The translations under genes and the position numbers were made by a program. Source: Ranitomeya imitator (taxonomy: Eukaryota). Taken from it: a DNA stretch of 64,000 bases. This document shows, one piece after another, positions 35,718 to 46,680 of this stretch. A model generated the notes under the pieces. The model worked only from the letters and a program-made list of their open reading frames with translations. It did no database searches and had not been told where the DNA came from. The first letter of the stretch is position 1; each line of letters opens with the position of its first letter. The DNA lies in assembly GCF_032444005.1 (NCBI RefSeq), contig NC_091291.1, positions 129,828,001 to 129,892,000 of the forward strand. The letters run 5' to 3'.

Positions 35718-36697
35718 GGTCGGTTTCACACGTCCAGATAATTCCGGTACCGGAAAAAAAAAAAATCGGTATCGGAATTATCCGTGTCCGTGTGCCCCTA
35801 CGTTTCTGTGGCACATCAGTGTGGCACACGTGTGCCGCCCGTGTGCCCACTGGGTACCACACGCACCGTGCTGGGTACCACACGTACCAGCATCTGCTGC
35901 TGAAGCCCCGATTCATATCTTCCCTGCAGCAGCGTTTGCTGCAGAGAAGATATGAATAATAGTGTTTAAAATAAAGATCTATGTGTCCAGCCTGTGCGCC
36001 CCCCTGCTGTTATGAAAATACTCACCCGGCTCGCTCCCTTGTTGGCTGTCGCTTCTTCCTGTTCTGGCCGCATCTTCTCCTGTATGCGGTCACGTGGGGC
36101 CGCCGATTACAGTAATGAATATGCGGCTCCACCCCTATGGGAGGTGGAGCCGCATATTCATTACTGTAAATGAGCGGCCCCACGTGACCGCATACAGGAG
36201 AAGATGCGGCCAGAACAGGAAGAAGCGACAGCCAACAAGGGAGCGAGCCGGGTGAGTATTTTCATAACAGCAGGGGGGCGCACAGGCTGGACACATAGAT
36301 CTTTATTTTAAACACTATTATTCATATCTTCTCTGCAGCAAACGCTGCTGCAGGGAAGATATGAATGGCGGCTTCAGCACCAGTGTGTGTGTGTGTGTGT
36401 GGGGGGGGGGTTGGACAGCGCTTAATGTAGCGCTGTCTCCTGCACGGCACACGGACAACGTCCGTGTGCGGTACGTGTTTTACACGGACCCATTGACTTT
36501 AATGGGTCCGTGTAATACGTGCGCTCCCACGAACACTAACATGTCTCCGTGTTTGGCACATGGAGACACGGTCCGCAAAAAATCAATGACATCTGAACAG
36601 ATGCATTGATTTTTAAGTGTCTACGTGTGTCAGTGTCTCCGGTACGTGAGGAAACTGTCACCTCACGTACCGGAGACACTGACGTGTGAAACCGGCC
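35718..36697. mobile_element. Kolobok/T2-like MITE with a near-perfect internal hairpin (arms about 230 bp)
   Basis: TIRs GGTCGGTTTCACACGTC and GACGTGTGAAACCGGCC. Inverted arms about 35893-36130 and 36145-36380. Confidence 0.85.
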
Positions 36698-36872
36698 TAA
36701 ACATTGCATCAGCCGATTGACCACTCACCCAGCCTAAAAAAAAAAAAAAAAAAAAAAAAAAACAGGGCTGTTGGCAGCACATTATCCATGAGACCCAGAA
36801 CGTTTTAGATTTTTCCATTGATGGAATGGTGCGAGGGCTTCATTTTTTTGTGTGCAACGAGCGGATGTTTTA

Positions 36873-37177
36873 GGCTACGTTCACATTAGCGTTCCGCTAA
36901 TGTGCGTCGCTGTTGCGTCGGCGACGCAGCGGCGACGCGCCCCTATGTTTAACATAGGGGACGCGTGCGTTTTTTGGGTGGCGTTTTTCGACACGTGCGT
37001 CGTTTCCGACGCTAGCGTCGGACGCAAGAAAATGCAACAAGTTGCATTTTTCGTGCGTCCGATTTTCGTCAAAAAAGACGCACGCGTCGCAAAACGCTGC
37101 GTTTTTGCGCGCGTTTTTTGTGTGTCGTGCGTTGCGTCGCCGACGCACCGGCGCGCAACACTAATGTGAACGTAGCC
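36873..37177. mobile_element. Palindromic MITE, family shared with 57228-57532
   Basis: TIRs GGCTACGTTCACATTAG and CTAATGTGAACGTAGCC. Confidence 0.85.
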
Positions 37178-38239
37178 TTATCGATACACTACTGAGGTAA
37201 ATACAAGGTTTTGATTGCTTTTTTTTTTTTTGTTACATTTTGAGGCAGAAAAACAAATTCTCATATTTTGATTTTTGTTTACATTAGAGCGTTAAACTTA
37301 TGAGAAATAGTTGTAGATTTTCATTGATTGGACTTTGGCAGAATTGGCGATGCCGAATATGTTTTTGCATTGGGAAAGGAGGGGCCATCAATTTTTTTTT
37401 AAAATTTTAACCTAGAACATCAGTCTTGCATTATATGGTCAATTTAAGAAACCCCCACGACACCACAAGCTGAGCTTTATAGGAGAACAAAGATGGCGCC
37501 ATATGTTGTGCCATAGCAACTAACCAGCATACTGCAATGGCGTTGGGGGAAGGCGATAAGCATGCCTTCTGGACTATGGCACTTAAATGTCTGTTCCCCC
37601 AGAACCCAAATTAAACCATTTCTCTATTTATACAGGAGACTTAGCCCCAATAAGAACCGCTTGTAGTGTAGATTTTACTGTAGTTTTATATGACCTGCTT
37701 TATTGGAGGGGTCCTCTGTGCACCCTTGGTGAACCCTTCTGCCCCCTAAATAACAATCCTCCGCTTGGGTTGACCAACAGCGCTGACTTTGGAGTTCGTC
37801 CTGATTTTTAGCCGCAGCTCTGCAGGAGCCGTGGGCACAAACAGCGTCAGGGTGTGCAGATGAGTTCTGAGCCCCCTTCTTTCTGCAGCGGCGGCTCACA
37901 CCATCACAGGTGCAAGATACTGTCAGGGGAAGGGCGTGCGCGCGCACTGACACTGCTGGAGCTGATCGAGTGCGTTCTCAACCCCATCTCCTGTCACCAT
38001 CATCTGCTCGCTACTGTGTGTAGAGTGGCTGCTGCAGACAGACAGATGGAGGAGAGCGCACACCGACACTGTGTACTCTCGGCTCCTGTAGTGTCAGTGC
38101 GCACAGGGCTGAGGATTCAGGCAGCGCTACACAATGAGAGCCGTCAAATCAACATCCGAGGATAGTAACTCAGTGTGCAGCTCTGCCCCGAGACCACCAA
38201 GGACCCCTCAATTTACATATGTAATAAATCTGCTCTGCT

Positions 38240-38745
38240 TCTTGGGGGGGGGGGGGAGGGGTATACTCCCTTTGAGTTATGGGGGCACTACCTTATTTTT
38301 TTTTTGGGGGGGGGGCACAGTCCCTTTCTGTTTTGTTGGGGGGCGCTGTTTTTTTGTTGGGGGAAAACTCCCATTTAGCTACTTTTTCTTGGGAGGGGGC
38401 ACAGTCCCTTTGAGACATTTTGTTAGGGAGGGGGCCCACGATTGCATCTTGTTTTTTTTTGTTGGGGGCACACTCCATTTAAGAGTTTTGTTAGGGGGGG
38501 CCCACTTTCAGTTTGTATTTTTGGGGGGCACACTCCCTTTGAAACACTTTTGTTGGGAGGGGGCACACTATTGCAGCTTGGATCATTTTTGTTGGGGGGG
38601 GGGGCACGGTCCCTTTCTGTGTTTGGAGTGGTCACACTCCCTCTGAGACATGTTTGTTAGGGTGGGGGGCCACTTTCAGTTTGTATGTTTGGGGGGGGGC
38701 ACACTCCCTTCGAGCTATTTGTCGGTCGGGGGGTTCACACTATTT
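38240..38745. repeat. Degenerate G/T-rich minisatellite (GGGGGGCACACTCCCTTT... units) in atp5mg intron 1
   Basis: Recurring GGGGGCACA(C/G)TCCCTTT motifs about 37-40 bp apart. Confidence 0.7.
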
Positions 38746-38971
38746 CAGTTTATTTTTTGTTTTTTTGTAAACTATTTTGCTTTCAAACGGGAAATTATGA
38801 ACTATTTTCTGGAAAAATTGACCAAAAACTGCAGCATTTTGATTTTGCTGCTAAAACTGCGCCTTGCCCGGGACAAGTGAGTGCTACAGAAACCGCACTG
38901 ACAATGACCGCACTGCAAGACGGCGACCTATAAGGGTGGAGGCCACATCTGTCCCCCTCCCCGCCTCTCAC

Positions 38972-39035
38972 CGCTCACGAGCTGAGGGGTCTTCACCGCC
39001 AGGGTCTTCACCAGTTTCTGTGCCGCCTGCGCCAT
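38972..39035 (-). CDS. atp5mg: ATP synthase subunit g, exon 1 (MAQAAQKLVKTLAVKTPQLVS)
   Basis: ATG at 39035 in aacATGg context, donor G|gtgaga, phase 1 matching exon 2. Total CDS 64+161+99=324 nt (107 aa). Confidence 0.9.
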
Positions 39036-39330
39036 GTTGTTGCTGCCGGAGTTTGTGTGGTGACTGAGGACCGAGTGTGAGCGCGTCAGGAGCGGAAAGT
39101 GACCTCCAGCGCCGGGGAGCAGAGAGTGCGGGATGGGGGATAGAGCGTCTCCCAATGTCACCCGCCCAAAGCAGACGAGACCGGCAGAGGAGAGGGATAG
39201 AGCGCCGCTGCCTCGTCACGTGACTGCACCCGAAGCTTCTCATTGGCTGGAGCAGGACTTAGGGGTGCTACAGTCGGCCGCTACTGCTAGTGACAGCTGT
39301 GACCAGGGATGAGGCGGTCGTTCTGTCTGG
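39036..39330 (-). promoter_or_regulatory. atp5mg CpG promoter
   Basis: GC-rich, palindromic E-box GTCACGTGAC (about 39215-39224), and CCAAT box on the minus strand (CATTGG at 39241). Confidence 0.6.
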
Positions 39331-39698
39331 GATTAATTTAAAGGGGCAGTCCACCTTTAGGGTTTTTTTTTTTTTGCTTAAATGCTTCTATTTGTGGCAT
39401 AAAATCGTTGTAATTAGGCTTCATTAATCATTTTGCACCATTTTTCTTTTGCATGCGATTTGCTTCTCGGCACATTCAACCCGGAGGTGGTGTGTGGCCA
39501 TAAATCAGCAGAGAGGGGCTCAGCTCCAAACTCTCCTGTCAGAAGGAAAGCTTCCTGAAGGATTCTCCGTTAACTCGCTGTGCTGCCAGCAATGGACCGT
39601 GCAGCCAGCAATGGACCGTGCAGCACGGAGGCTTTCGACTGGAAATGGTGCAACAGGTTTTGTTTTTATTGAAACCCAAATGCAGAAATTGTTTATTG

Positions 39699-39742
<44 letters not shown>
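39699..39742. repeat. (TA)n microsatellite
   Basis: Seen directly. Confidence 0.97.
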
Positions 39743-39744
<2 letters not shown>

Positions 39745-39773
39745 TGTCACCAAAAGGTCGACAACCGCCTTAA

Positions 39774-40129
39774 GGGTATGTGCACACGTCCGGATTTTTA
39801 GCGTTTTTTTTGCGGAATTTCGCTATAAAAACGCTATAAATCCGGTAAAAAAACGCTAACATTATGCATCCTATCTTTTAGAATGCATTCCGCATTTTTT
39901 GTGCATATGTTAGCGTTTTTTTCCGCAAAAAATCCGCAAAAAGAATGAGCATGTCCGTTCTTTTTGCGGATTCCATATCAAAAAGGACATTCCGAAAAAA
40001 AAAAACCCGCAAAAAATCCGCGCAAAAAATGTGCAAATTCCGCGAGAAATCCGCGCGAAAAAAGACGCGGATTTCTGGCAGAATTCTCAGGATTTTGTCA
40101 GGAAAAAAACCTGACGTGTGCACATACCC
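39774..40129. mobile_element. Kolobok/T2-like MITE with intact TTAA TSDs
   Basis: TTAA-GGGTATGTGCACACGTC ... GACGTGTGCACATACCC-TTAA. Confidence 0.9.
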
Positions 40130-40311
40130 TTAAGGCAGCCTGGCAGTACAAGTGGTCAAGTGTAATTATTGCGTTATCGGTAACTTTGTTATGACTGTTG
40201 AATTGGAGAGCGCTGCGGAATATGTTGGCGCTACATAAACAAAGATTATTATTATTATTATGTGTTCTGTGTTTTATTTTACTGCATGGACCAAATCTAA
40301 CATCATTATGA

Positions 40312-40793
40312 GGCTAAGTTCACACGTTGCATTTTTGTTTTTTTTTAATGCAAATTTTCAGTTGCGTTCAGTACCAGCAAAAGCTACGAGATTTCACAAA
40401 TCTCCCGCACACACTTGTTTTTTTTTTTTTTTACCTGACTGAAATTAGAAAACTGCTGCGTTTTTTACAAACTGCAGCGTGTCACTTCTTTCAGCGTTTT
40501 TGCAACATTTTTTCACCCATATAAAGCGATGAGTAAGTGCAAAAAAATGCAGCAAAAAAACACAGGTATAATAAGGTTTCGATGCATTTTTGTTGCAAAA
40601 ACATTTAAGTTGCATCATGATTTTTTTAAATTTTTTTTTGTGTGTGTGTGTGGGGGGGGGACACTGAACTTTATCAGCATGCACAGGAGACAATACAGAC
40701 GCCGCAGAACCCTCTGTTTATATTCAGCTTCTTTACTGCCAAGAGAGCAGGTTCTGCCTGGAGAAAAATAAAAGGCAACGTGTGACCATAGCC
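40312..40793. mobile_element. Kolobok/T2-like MITE
   Basis: GGCTAAGTTCACACGTTGC ... GCAACGTGTGACCATAGCC (imperfect TIRs). Confidence 0.7.
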
Positions 40794-40866
40794 TAAGGTT
40801 TTGGGTTTTTTTTCAAGATGGTAATTAATAGCAGAAAATTTTCCAATGCATTTATAATACATTTGT

Positions 40867-40880
40867 CCAGTAGAGGGCGC
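40867..40880 (+). promoter_or_regulatory. Candidate CTCF site
   Basis: CCAGTAGAGGGCGC is a full match to the CCASYAGRKGGCRS consensus. Confidence 0.55.
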
Positions 40881-41131
40881 AACGAGATCCTATAACAGAG
40901 AGATCAAAAACCTGCACATTCACACAAAGCACAGCTGGCCACAACAGTGGCTGACATCATTGATGCAACCGCACAGGGGCCCAAGACATAAAGGGGCCAC
41001 TATCGCCCCCAAAGCAGGTGGGCTGGTGCATTATGTGCAGCTATTGGACTACAAAAAGCCATGTACTGATCTACACAGGGGCCTCTCCTGTCTGTGTCCA
41101 CCTTCGGCTGCGCTATGGTTTGGGTGAACAG

Positions 41132-41594
41132 TAGGCTTGAGCAAAACGGATCGGACAAATTCATAAGTCGCCGACTTTTGGCAAAGTCGGGTTTCATGAA
41201 ACCTGACCCGATCCTAGTGTGGGATCGGCCATGCGGTCGGCGATCTTCGCGCCAAAGTCGCGTTTTGTATGACGCGTTTGGCGCCATTTTTTCAGCCAAT
41301 GAAGGAGCGTGGGCAGAGTGATGACATAGGTCTTAGGGGCGTGGACGCCTATCGTCATCTTGTCGCTTGTGTGCTGTAGCGATTTGCAATGTGTAACACC
41401 AGCTTTTCTGTTCAGGGATGGAGGAGAGAGAGAGAGAGAAAAAAAAAGATTTCCCATTGACTTTGCATTGGGTTTCGTGTTTCGGTGGATCCCCGACTTT
41501 TCGCCATAATCAGCCGATTTCACTCGACTTTTGAGATAGTCGGGTTTTGCGAAACCCGACTCGACCCTAAAAAAGTAAAAGTCGCTCAACCCTA
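41132..41594. mobile_element. hAT-type MITE with 8-bp TSD
   Basis: TIRs TAGGCTTGAGC and GCTCAACCCTA. Perfect 8-bp TSD GTGAACAG (41124-41131 and 41595-41602). Confidence 0.88.
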
Positions 41595-42304
41595 GTGAAC
41601 AGATCTTGTGTATGGATTGATTAAATAGGCTCCTGACCTTGGATCCGGAGATTTATCTTTCTTTTAGCCCACCTTTTCCTCGCCGATGCTTTCACCTGGA
41701 CTGGATTCTGTTCCACATTTTATTTTGGAGTTACTACGTCCAATTGGGTCTGTGGCCTTGGAGCGCGCATCTTTTTTTCTGGTGTGCTGTCAGCTGTCTT
41801 TTTTTCTTAAAAAAAAAACAAACTTCGGCACTTTTGCAAAAAACAAAGTCCCATCTATGAATATAGAATTCGAGGCCCCCCAGAGTCGCTGTATTTCACA
41901 TCCGTCCACTCTGATCACCCCCCATCGTCTGTGGAGAAAAGAAGCCGTCACTTGGCTCTAATAGAAAACAATCGAAAACTTATATGATTTTTGTCTTTAG
42001 AGGTTTTTTGCCACTGAACTATATAGATAGAAAAGTTACAGGTTTGGTGTCACCGTAACCGCACTGACCTGGAGAATCTCATTCCCCGGTACTTTTAGGG
42101 CACAATGAACCAAAACCCAATGGCACAAATATAGTTTTTGCAACTTTTTAGCTGACCTGTAATTATTGTTCTTGGTTTTTTTGTGTGGAATTAATGGGTT
42201 CATTCAAAACTATAACTCATCCCGCAAAAGACAAGCCCCTCATACGGCCGCAATGACGACTAGGAATAAAGAAAGGAAATGCAAACAATGAAAAATCATC
42301 AGCA

Positions 42305-42515
42305 TTACTCCTCCTTGCCTGAGGAGGTGGTGATGGCGAACTCAGTCGAGGGGTTCAAGAGAGGCCTGGATGTCTTCCTGGAGCAGAACAATATTGTATC
42401 ATACAATTATTAGGTTCTGTAGAAGGACGTAGATCTGGGGATTTATTATGATGGAATATAGGCTGAACTGGATGGACAAATGTCTTTTTTCGGCCTTACT
42501 ATGTTACTATGTTAC
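42305..42515 (+). mobile_element. 5'-truncated CR1 3' tail
   Basis: Near-identical reverse complement of 45172-45375, ending in (TATGTTAC)n repeats. Confidence 0.88.
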
Positions 42516-42589
42516 ACCTAGAGGGGGAAATGAGAACTACAGGACGGAGAGCAGCGAGGGACAATCATCCTGCTACTGAGAAAGGCGAA

Positions 42590-42902
42590 ACACCTGGTGG
42601 GGGAGGGGCGTATGTGAGGGGCGTGGCTTAGCCCGCAGTAATTGCAATCTGCCTCCAGCTATATATTATCGGAACTGCTGATTTGTCAATACATGTCATA
42701 TGACCATCTCACTAGTGAAATGCGCATGTGCGGCAGTATTACGTCGGTTGCAACCAATGGGAGCTGCTTTTGTGCCACGGCGTAGCCAATAGGAGACCTC
42801 TAAATCACTGTGGTGACGTGTGGAGACGGTGCTCTGTGGTCAGTGTGCGGGATGCCTCCGGTGGTCGCGGTGTGTTAATGTTATGGTCCCCGGGCGGGTG
42901 TA
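42590..42902 (+). promoter_or_regulatory. pi4k2b promoter
   Basis: GC boxes GGGAGGGGCG (42601) and GGGGCGTGGC (about 42619), NRF1-like TGCGCATGTGCG (42721), two CCAAT boxes (about 42753 and 42785) and TGACGTG (about 42814). Confidence 0.65.
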
Positions 42903-43209
42903 ATGGCGGAGGAGGAGAACAAGCCGGAAGAACGGGCTGTGTCCCCGCCATTGTTAGTGTTTCTGGAGTCGTCTGCGGAGAGTGAAGGAGCGGCGTCGCC
43001 ACATACCCCGGTCACCACTCCACAGGCGGCGGGCAGAGCGGCTCCCGGCAGTGCGGTCAGGTCTTTCCCCGGCCGAACACGGGAAGATGAAGCAGGAGAA
43101 GAAGAACCGCTGCTAAAGAGGACCGGGGTCACCTCACCGAAGGCGGCGAGGAAGGGGGGAGCGCGGCTTAGCTCGTCCTCAGACCGGGACAGTCTGCTGA
43201 GTAGCGCGG
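42903..43209 (+). CDS. pi4k2b: Phosphatidylinositol 4-kinase type 2 beta, exon 1
   Basis: MAEEENKPEE...APGSAVR...EEEPLL...SSAG, containing the APGSAVR and dileucine EPLL motifs of PI4K2B. Donor G|gtgagt, phase 1. Confidence 0.88.
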
Positions 43210-43216
43210 GTGAGTG

Positions 43217-44190
43217 CGGGGCGCCGCCTGGCGGTCAGTGCAGGAGGTGCGCAGCGAGGTGGTCAGTGCAGGGGGGGCGCCGCCTGGCGGTCAGTGCAGG
43301 GGGGGCGCCGCCTGGCGGTCAGTGCAGGGGGGGCGCCGCCTGGCGGTCAGTGCAGGGGGGGCGCCGCCTGGCGGTCAGTGCAGGGGGGGCGCCGCCTGGC
43401 GGTCAGTGCAGGGGGGGCGCCGCCTGGCGGTCAGTGCAGGGGGGGCGCCGCCTGTCGGTCAGTGCAGGAGGTGCGCCGCCTGGCGGTCAGTGCAGGGGGT
43501 GCTCAGCGAGGTGCGCGCCGCCTGGCGGTCAGTGCAGGGGGGGGCGCCGCCTGGCGGTCAGTGCAGGAGGTGCGCCGCCTGTCGGTCAGTGCAGGGGGGG
43601 GCGCCGCCTGGCGGTCAGTGCAGGGGGGGCGCCGCCTGGCGGTCAGTGCAGGGGGGGCGCCGCCTGGCGGTCAGTGCAGGGGGGGCGCCGCCTGTCGGTC
43701 AGTGCAGGGGGGGCGCCGCCTGGCGGTCAGTGCAGGGGGGGCGCCGCCTGGCGGTCAGTGCAGGGGGGGCGCCGCCTGGCGGTCAGTGCAGGGGGGGCGC
43801 CGCCTGGCGGTCAGTGCAGGGGGGGGCGCCGCCTGGCGGTCAGTGCAGGGGGGGCGCCGCCTGGCGGTCAGTGCAGGGGGGGCGCCGCCTGGCGGTCAGT
43901 GCAGGGGGGGGGCGCCGCCTGGCGGTCAGTGCAGGGGGGGGCGCCGCCTGGCGGTCAGTGCAGGGGGGGCGCCGCCTGGCGGTCAGTGCAGGGGGGGCGC
44001 CGCCTGGCGGTCAGTGCAGGGGGGGCGCCGCCTGGCGGTCAGTGCAGGGGGGGCGCCGCCTGGCGGTCAGTGCAGGGGGGGCGCCGCCTGGCGGTCAGTG
44101 CAGGGGGGGCGCCGCCTGGCGGTCAGTGCAGGGGGTGCGCAGCGAGGTGGTCAGTGCAGGGGGGGCGCCGCCTGGCGGTCAGTGCAGGAG
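43217..44190. repeat. 28-bp G-rich minisatellite (about 35 units) at the start of pi4k2b intron 1
   Basis: Unit GGGGGGGCGCCGCCTGGCGGTCAGTGCA. It explains the repetitive tails of ORFs 42903-44298. Confidence 0.96.
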
Positions 44191-44332
44191 GTGTGTAGGG
44201 CCGGTGGAGCACAGGCTCTATATTTTGTAAATATGTGTAAAGCCGCCTTATACAATGCATGCATACTGTTGAGGTTTTCCAACTGGCCTAATGTGTAATT
44301 TCCGTTACAGACAGGTGGAAGTGGACCTGGCT

Positions 44333-44660
44333 GGGTTCACATTACGTTAATGGCGATGCGCTGACAGCATCTGGTACATAGCGGCACTAACGCTATGTAA
44401 CGTATGCATTAGCGCACCCATTAACTGCCATTATGTAGCGCATTGCTAACGCATGTCATAATCGGCATGCGTTAGCGATGTGCCGTCATTCTGTGACGGA
44501 CTCTCGGAAGCAGTCTGCAGCGTTTTCGGGTCAGTCACCGCTAGCACAGAGCATCTGCGCTAGCGCGATCGCATAAACACGATATTTTTCGGCATTTGCG
44601 TTAACGCAGTCCGTTTAACGTATGCATTGAACGGGCTGCACTAACGTAGTGTGAACCTAA
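44333..44660. mobile_element. Palindromic MITE
   Basis: GGGTTCACATTACGTTA ... TAACGTAGTGTGAACC. Confidence 0.65.
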
Positions 44661-44684
44661 CCTAACCTTATAGAGCTGGAGTGT

Positions 44685-46680
44685 GGATGGGGGCCGAGGA
44701 GCAGAGAGCAAAAAAATGTCATCACATCTCTACTGACCTCATAACTACATAGTCCAGTCCTCCTCAGGTATAACATCGGCCAAAACACTGCGCCCCCGCT
44801 GGGAGGTTTATGGGCATGCAGCCGTACATCACCAAGCACAATGCCGAGCGTCAGATGGAGTGGTGTAAAGCCACCACCACTGGACTCTGGAGGAGACGTG
44901 TTCTGTGCAGTGACGGATCACACGCCTCTATCTGCATCTGACGAAGGAGTCTGGGTTTGGGTCTTCCAGGAGGATGTTACCCCGACTGCATTGTGCCCCC
45001 TGTACAGATGGTGGAGGAGGATAATGTTATGGGCTGTTATCAGGGGGCGACCTCAGGCACTTAGTTCCAGTGATGGGAAATCTTATACTTCAGCACAAGA
45101 CATTGTGGATAATTGTAGCTTCAGCTTTGTGGGGACAGTTTGGGGAAGACCTCGATCTGCCCCCCATGATTGTAACATAGTAACATAGTTAGTAAGGCCG
45201 AAAAAAGACATTTGTCCATCCAGTTCAGCCTATATTCCATCATAATAAATCCCCAGATCTACGTCCTTCTACAGAACCTAATTGTATGATACAATATTGT
45301 TCTGCTCCAGGAAGACATCCAGGCCTCTCTTGAACCCCTCGACTGAGTTCGCCATCACCACCTCCTCAGGCAAGCAATTCCAGATTCTCACTGCCCTAAC
45401 AGTAAAGAATCCTCTTCTATGTTGGTGGAAAAACCTTCTCTCCTCCAGACGCAAAGAATGCCCCTTGTGCCCGTCACCTTCCTTGGTATAAACAGATCCT
45501 CAGCGAGATATTTGTATTGTCCCCTTATATACTTATACATGGTTATTAGATCGCCCCTCAGTCGTCTTTTTTCTAGACTAAATAATCCTAATTTCGCTAA
45601 TCTATCTGGGTATTGTAGTTCTCCCATCCCCTTTATTAATTTTGTTGCCCTCCTTTGTACTCTCTCTAGTTCCATTATATCCTTCCTGAGCACCGGTGCC
45701 CAAAACTGGACACAGTACTCCATGTGCGGTCTAACTAGGGATTTGTACAGAGGCAGTATAATGCTCTCATCATGTGTATCCAGACCTCTTTTAATGCACC
45801 CCATGATCCTGTTTGCCTTGGCAGCTGCTGCCTGGCACTGGCTGCTCCAGGTAAGTTTATCATTAACTAGGATCCCCAAGTCCTTCTCCCTGTCAGATTT
45901 ACCCAGTGGTTTCCCGTTCAGTGTGTAATGGTGATATTGATTCCCTCTTCCCATGTGTATAACCTTACATTTATCATTGTTAAACCTCATCTGCCACCTT
46001 TCAGCCCAAGTTTCCAACTTATCCAGATCCATCTGTAGCAGAATACTATCTTCTCTTGTATTAACTGCTTTACATAGTTTTGTATCATCTGCAAATATCG
46101 ATATTTTACTGTGTAAACCTTCTACCAGATCATTAATGAATATGTTGAAGAGAACAGGTCCCAATACCGACCCCTGCGGTACCCCACTGGTCACAGCGAC
46201 CCAGTTAGAGACTATACCATTTATAACCACCCTCTGCTTTCTATCACTAAGCCAGTTACTAACCCATTTACACACATTTTCCCCCAGACCAAGCATTCTC
46301 ATTTTGTGTACCAACCTCTTGTGCGGCACGGTATCAAACGCTTTGGAAAAATCGAGATATACCACGTCCAATGATTGTGCCCGGTGCACAAGGGCCATAC
46401 AGACATGAAGAGGGAACATGAGCACAGAGCCCGGACCTCATCCTATAATGGAGATTGTGAGCCCGACCTCCCCCCAACATCAGGGTCTGACCCCACAAAT
46501 TCTCTTCTGGATAAAGGGGTAAAAATTCCCACAATCTCCAAAATCTTAAAGAAATCTTTCCCAGAAGAGCGGAGCTGTTATATCTGCAGAGAAGCGATTC
46601 CATATTATGTCTATGAAGGTAGGATGGGGGGTAAGCATACCACCTGATGATGAATCTGGAGGGGGGACATACTTTTTCTC
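44685..46680 (+). mobile_element. Heavily decayed Tc1 transposase remnant, split by a CR1 insertion
   Basis: Residual motifs QPYITKHNAERQMEWCK, IVP...GGG.IMLW, FVGTVWG.../HDCA and QSPDL. Confidence 0.65.
45174..46370 (-). mobile_element. 5'-truncated CR1 LINE (RT C-terminus plus 3' tail), 8-bp TSD ATGATTGT
   Basis: ORF 45388-46425: LDVVYLDFSKAFDTVPH, SGVPQGSVLGPVLF, FADDTKL, YCVQFWAP. (GTAACATA)n tail. ATGATTGT at 45166-45173 and 46371-46378. Confidence 0.95.

Noticed and set aside
43210-44298. ORFs of 431, 362 and 338 aa
   Set aside because: Only the first 103 codons of the 42903 ORF are the real exon. The rest is read-through into the intronic 28-bp array after a consensus GTGAGT donor.
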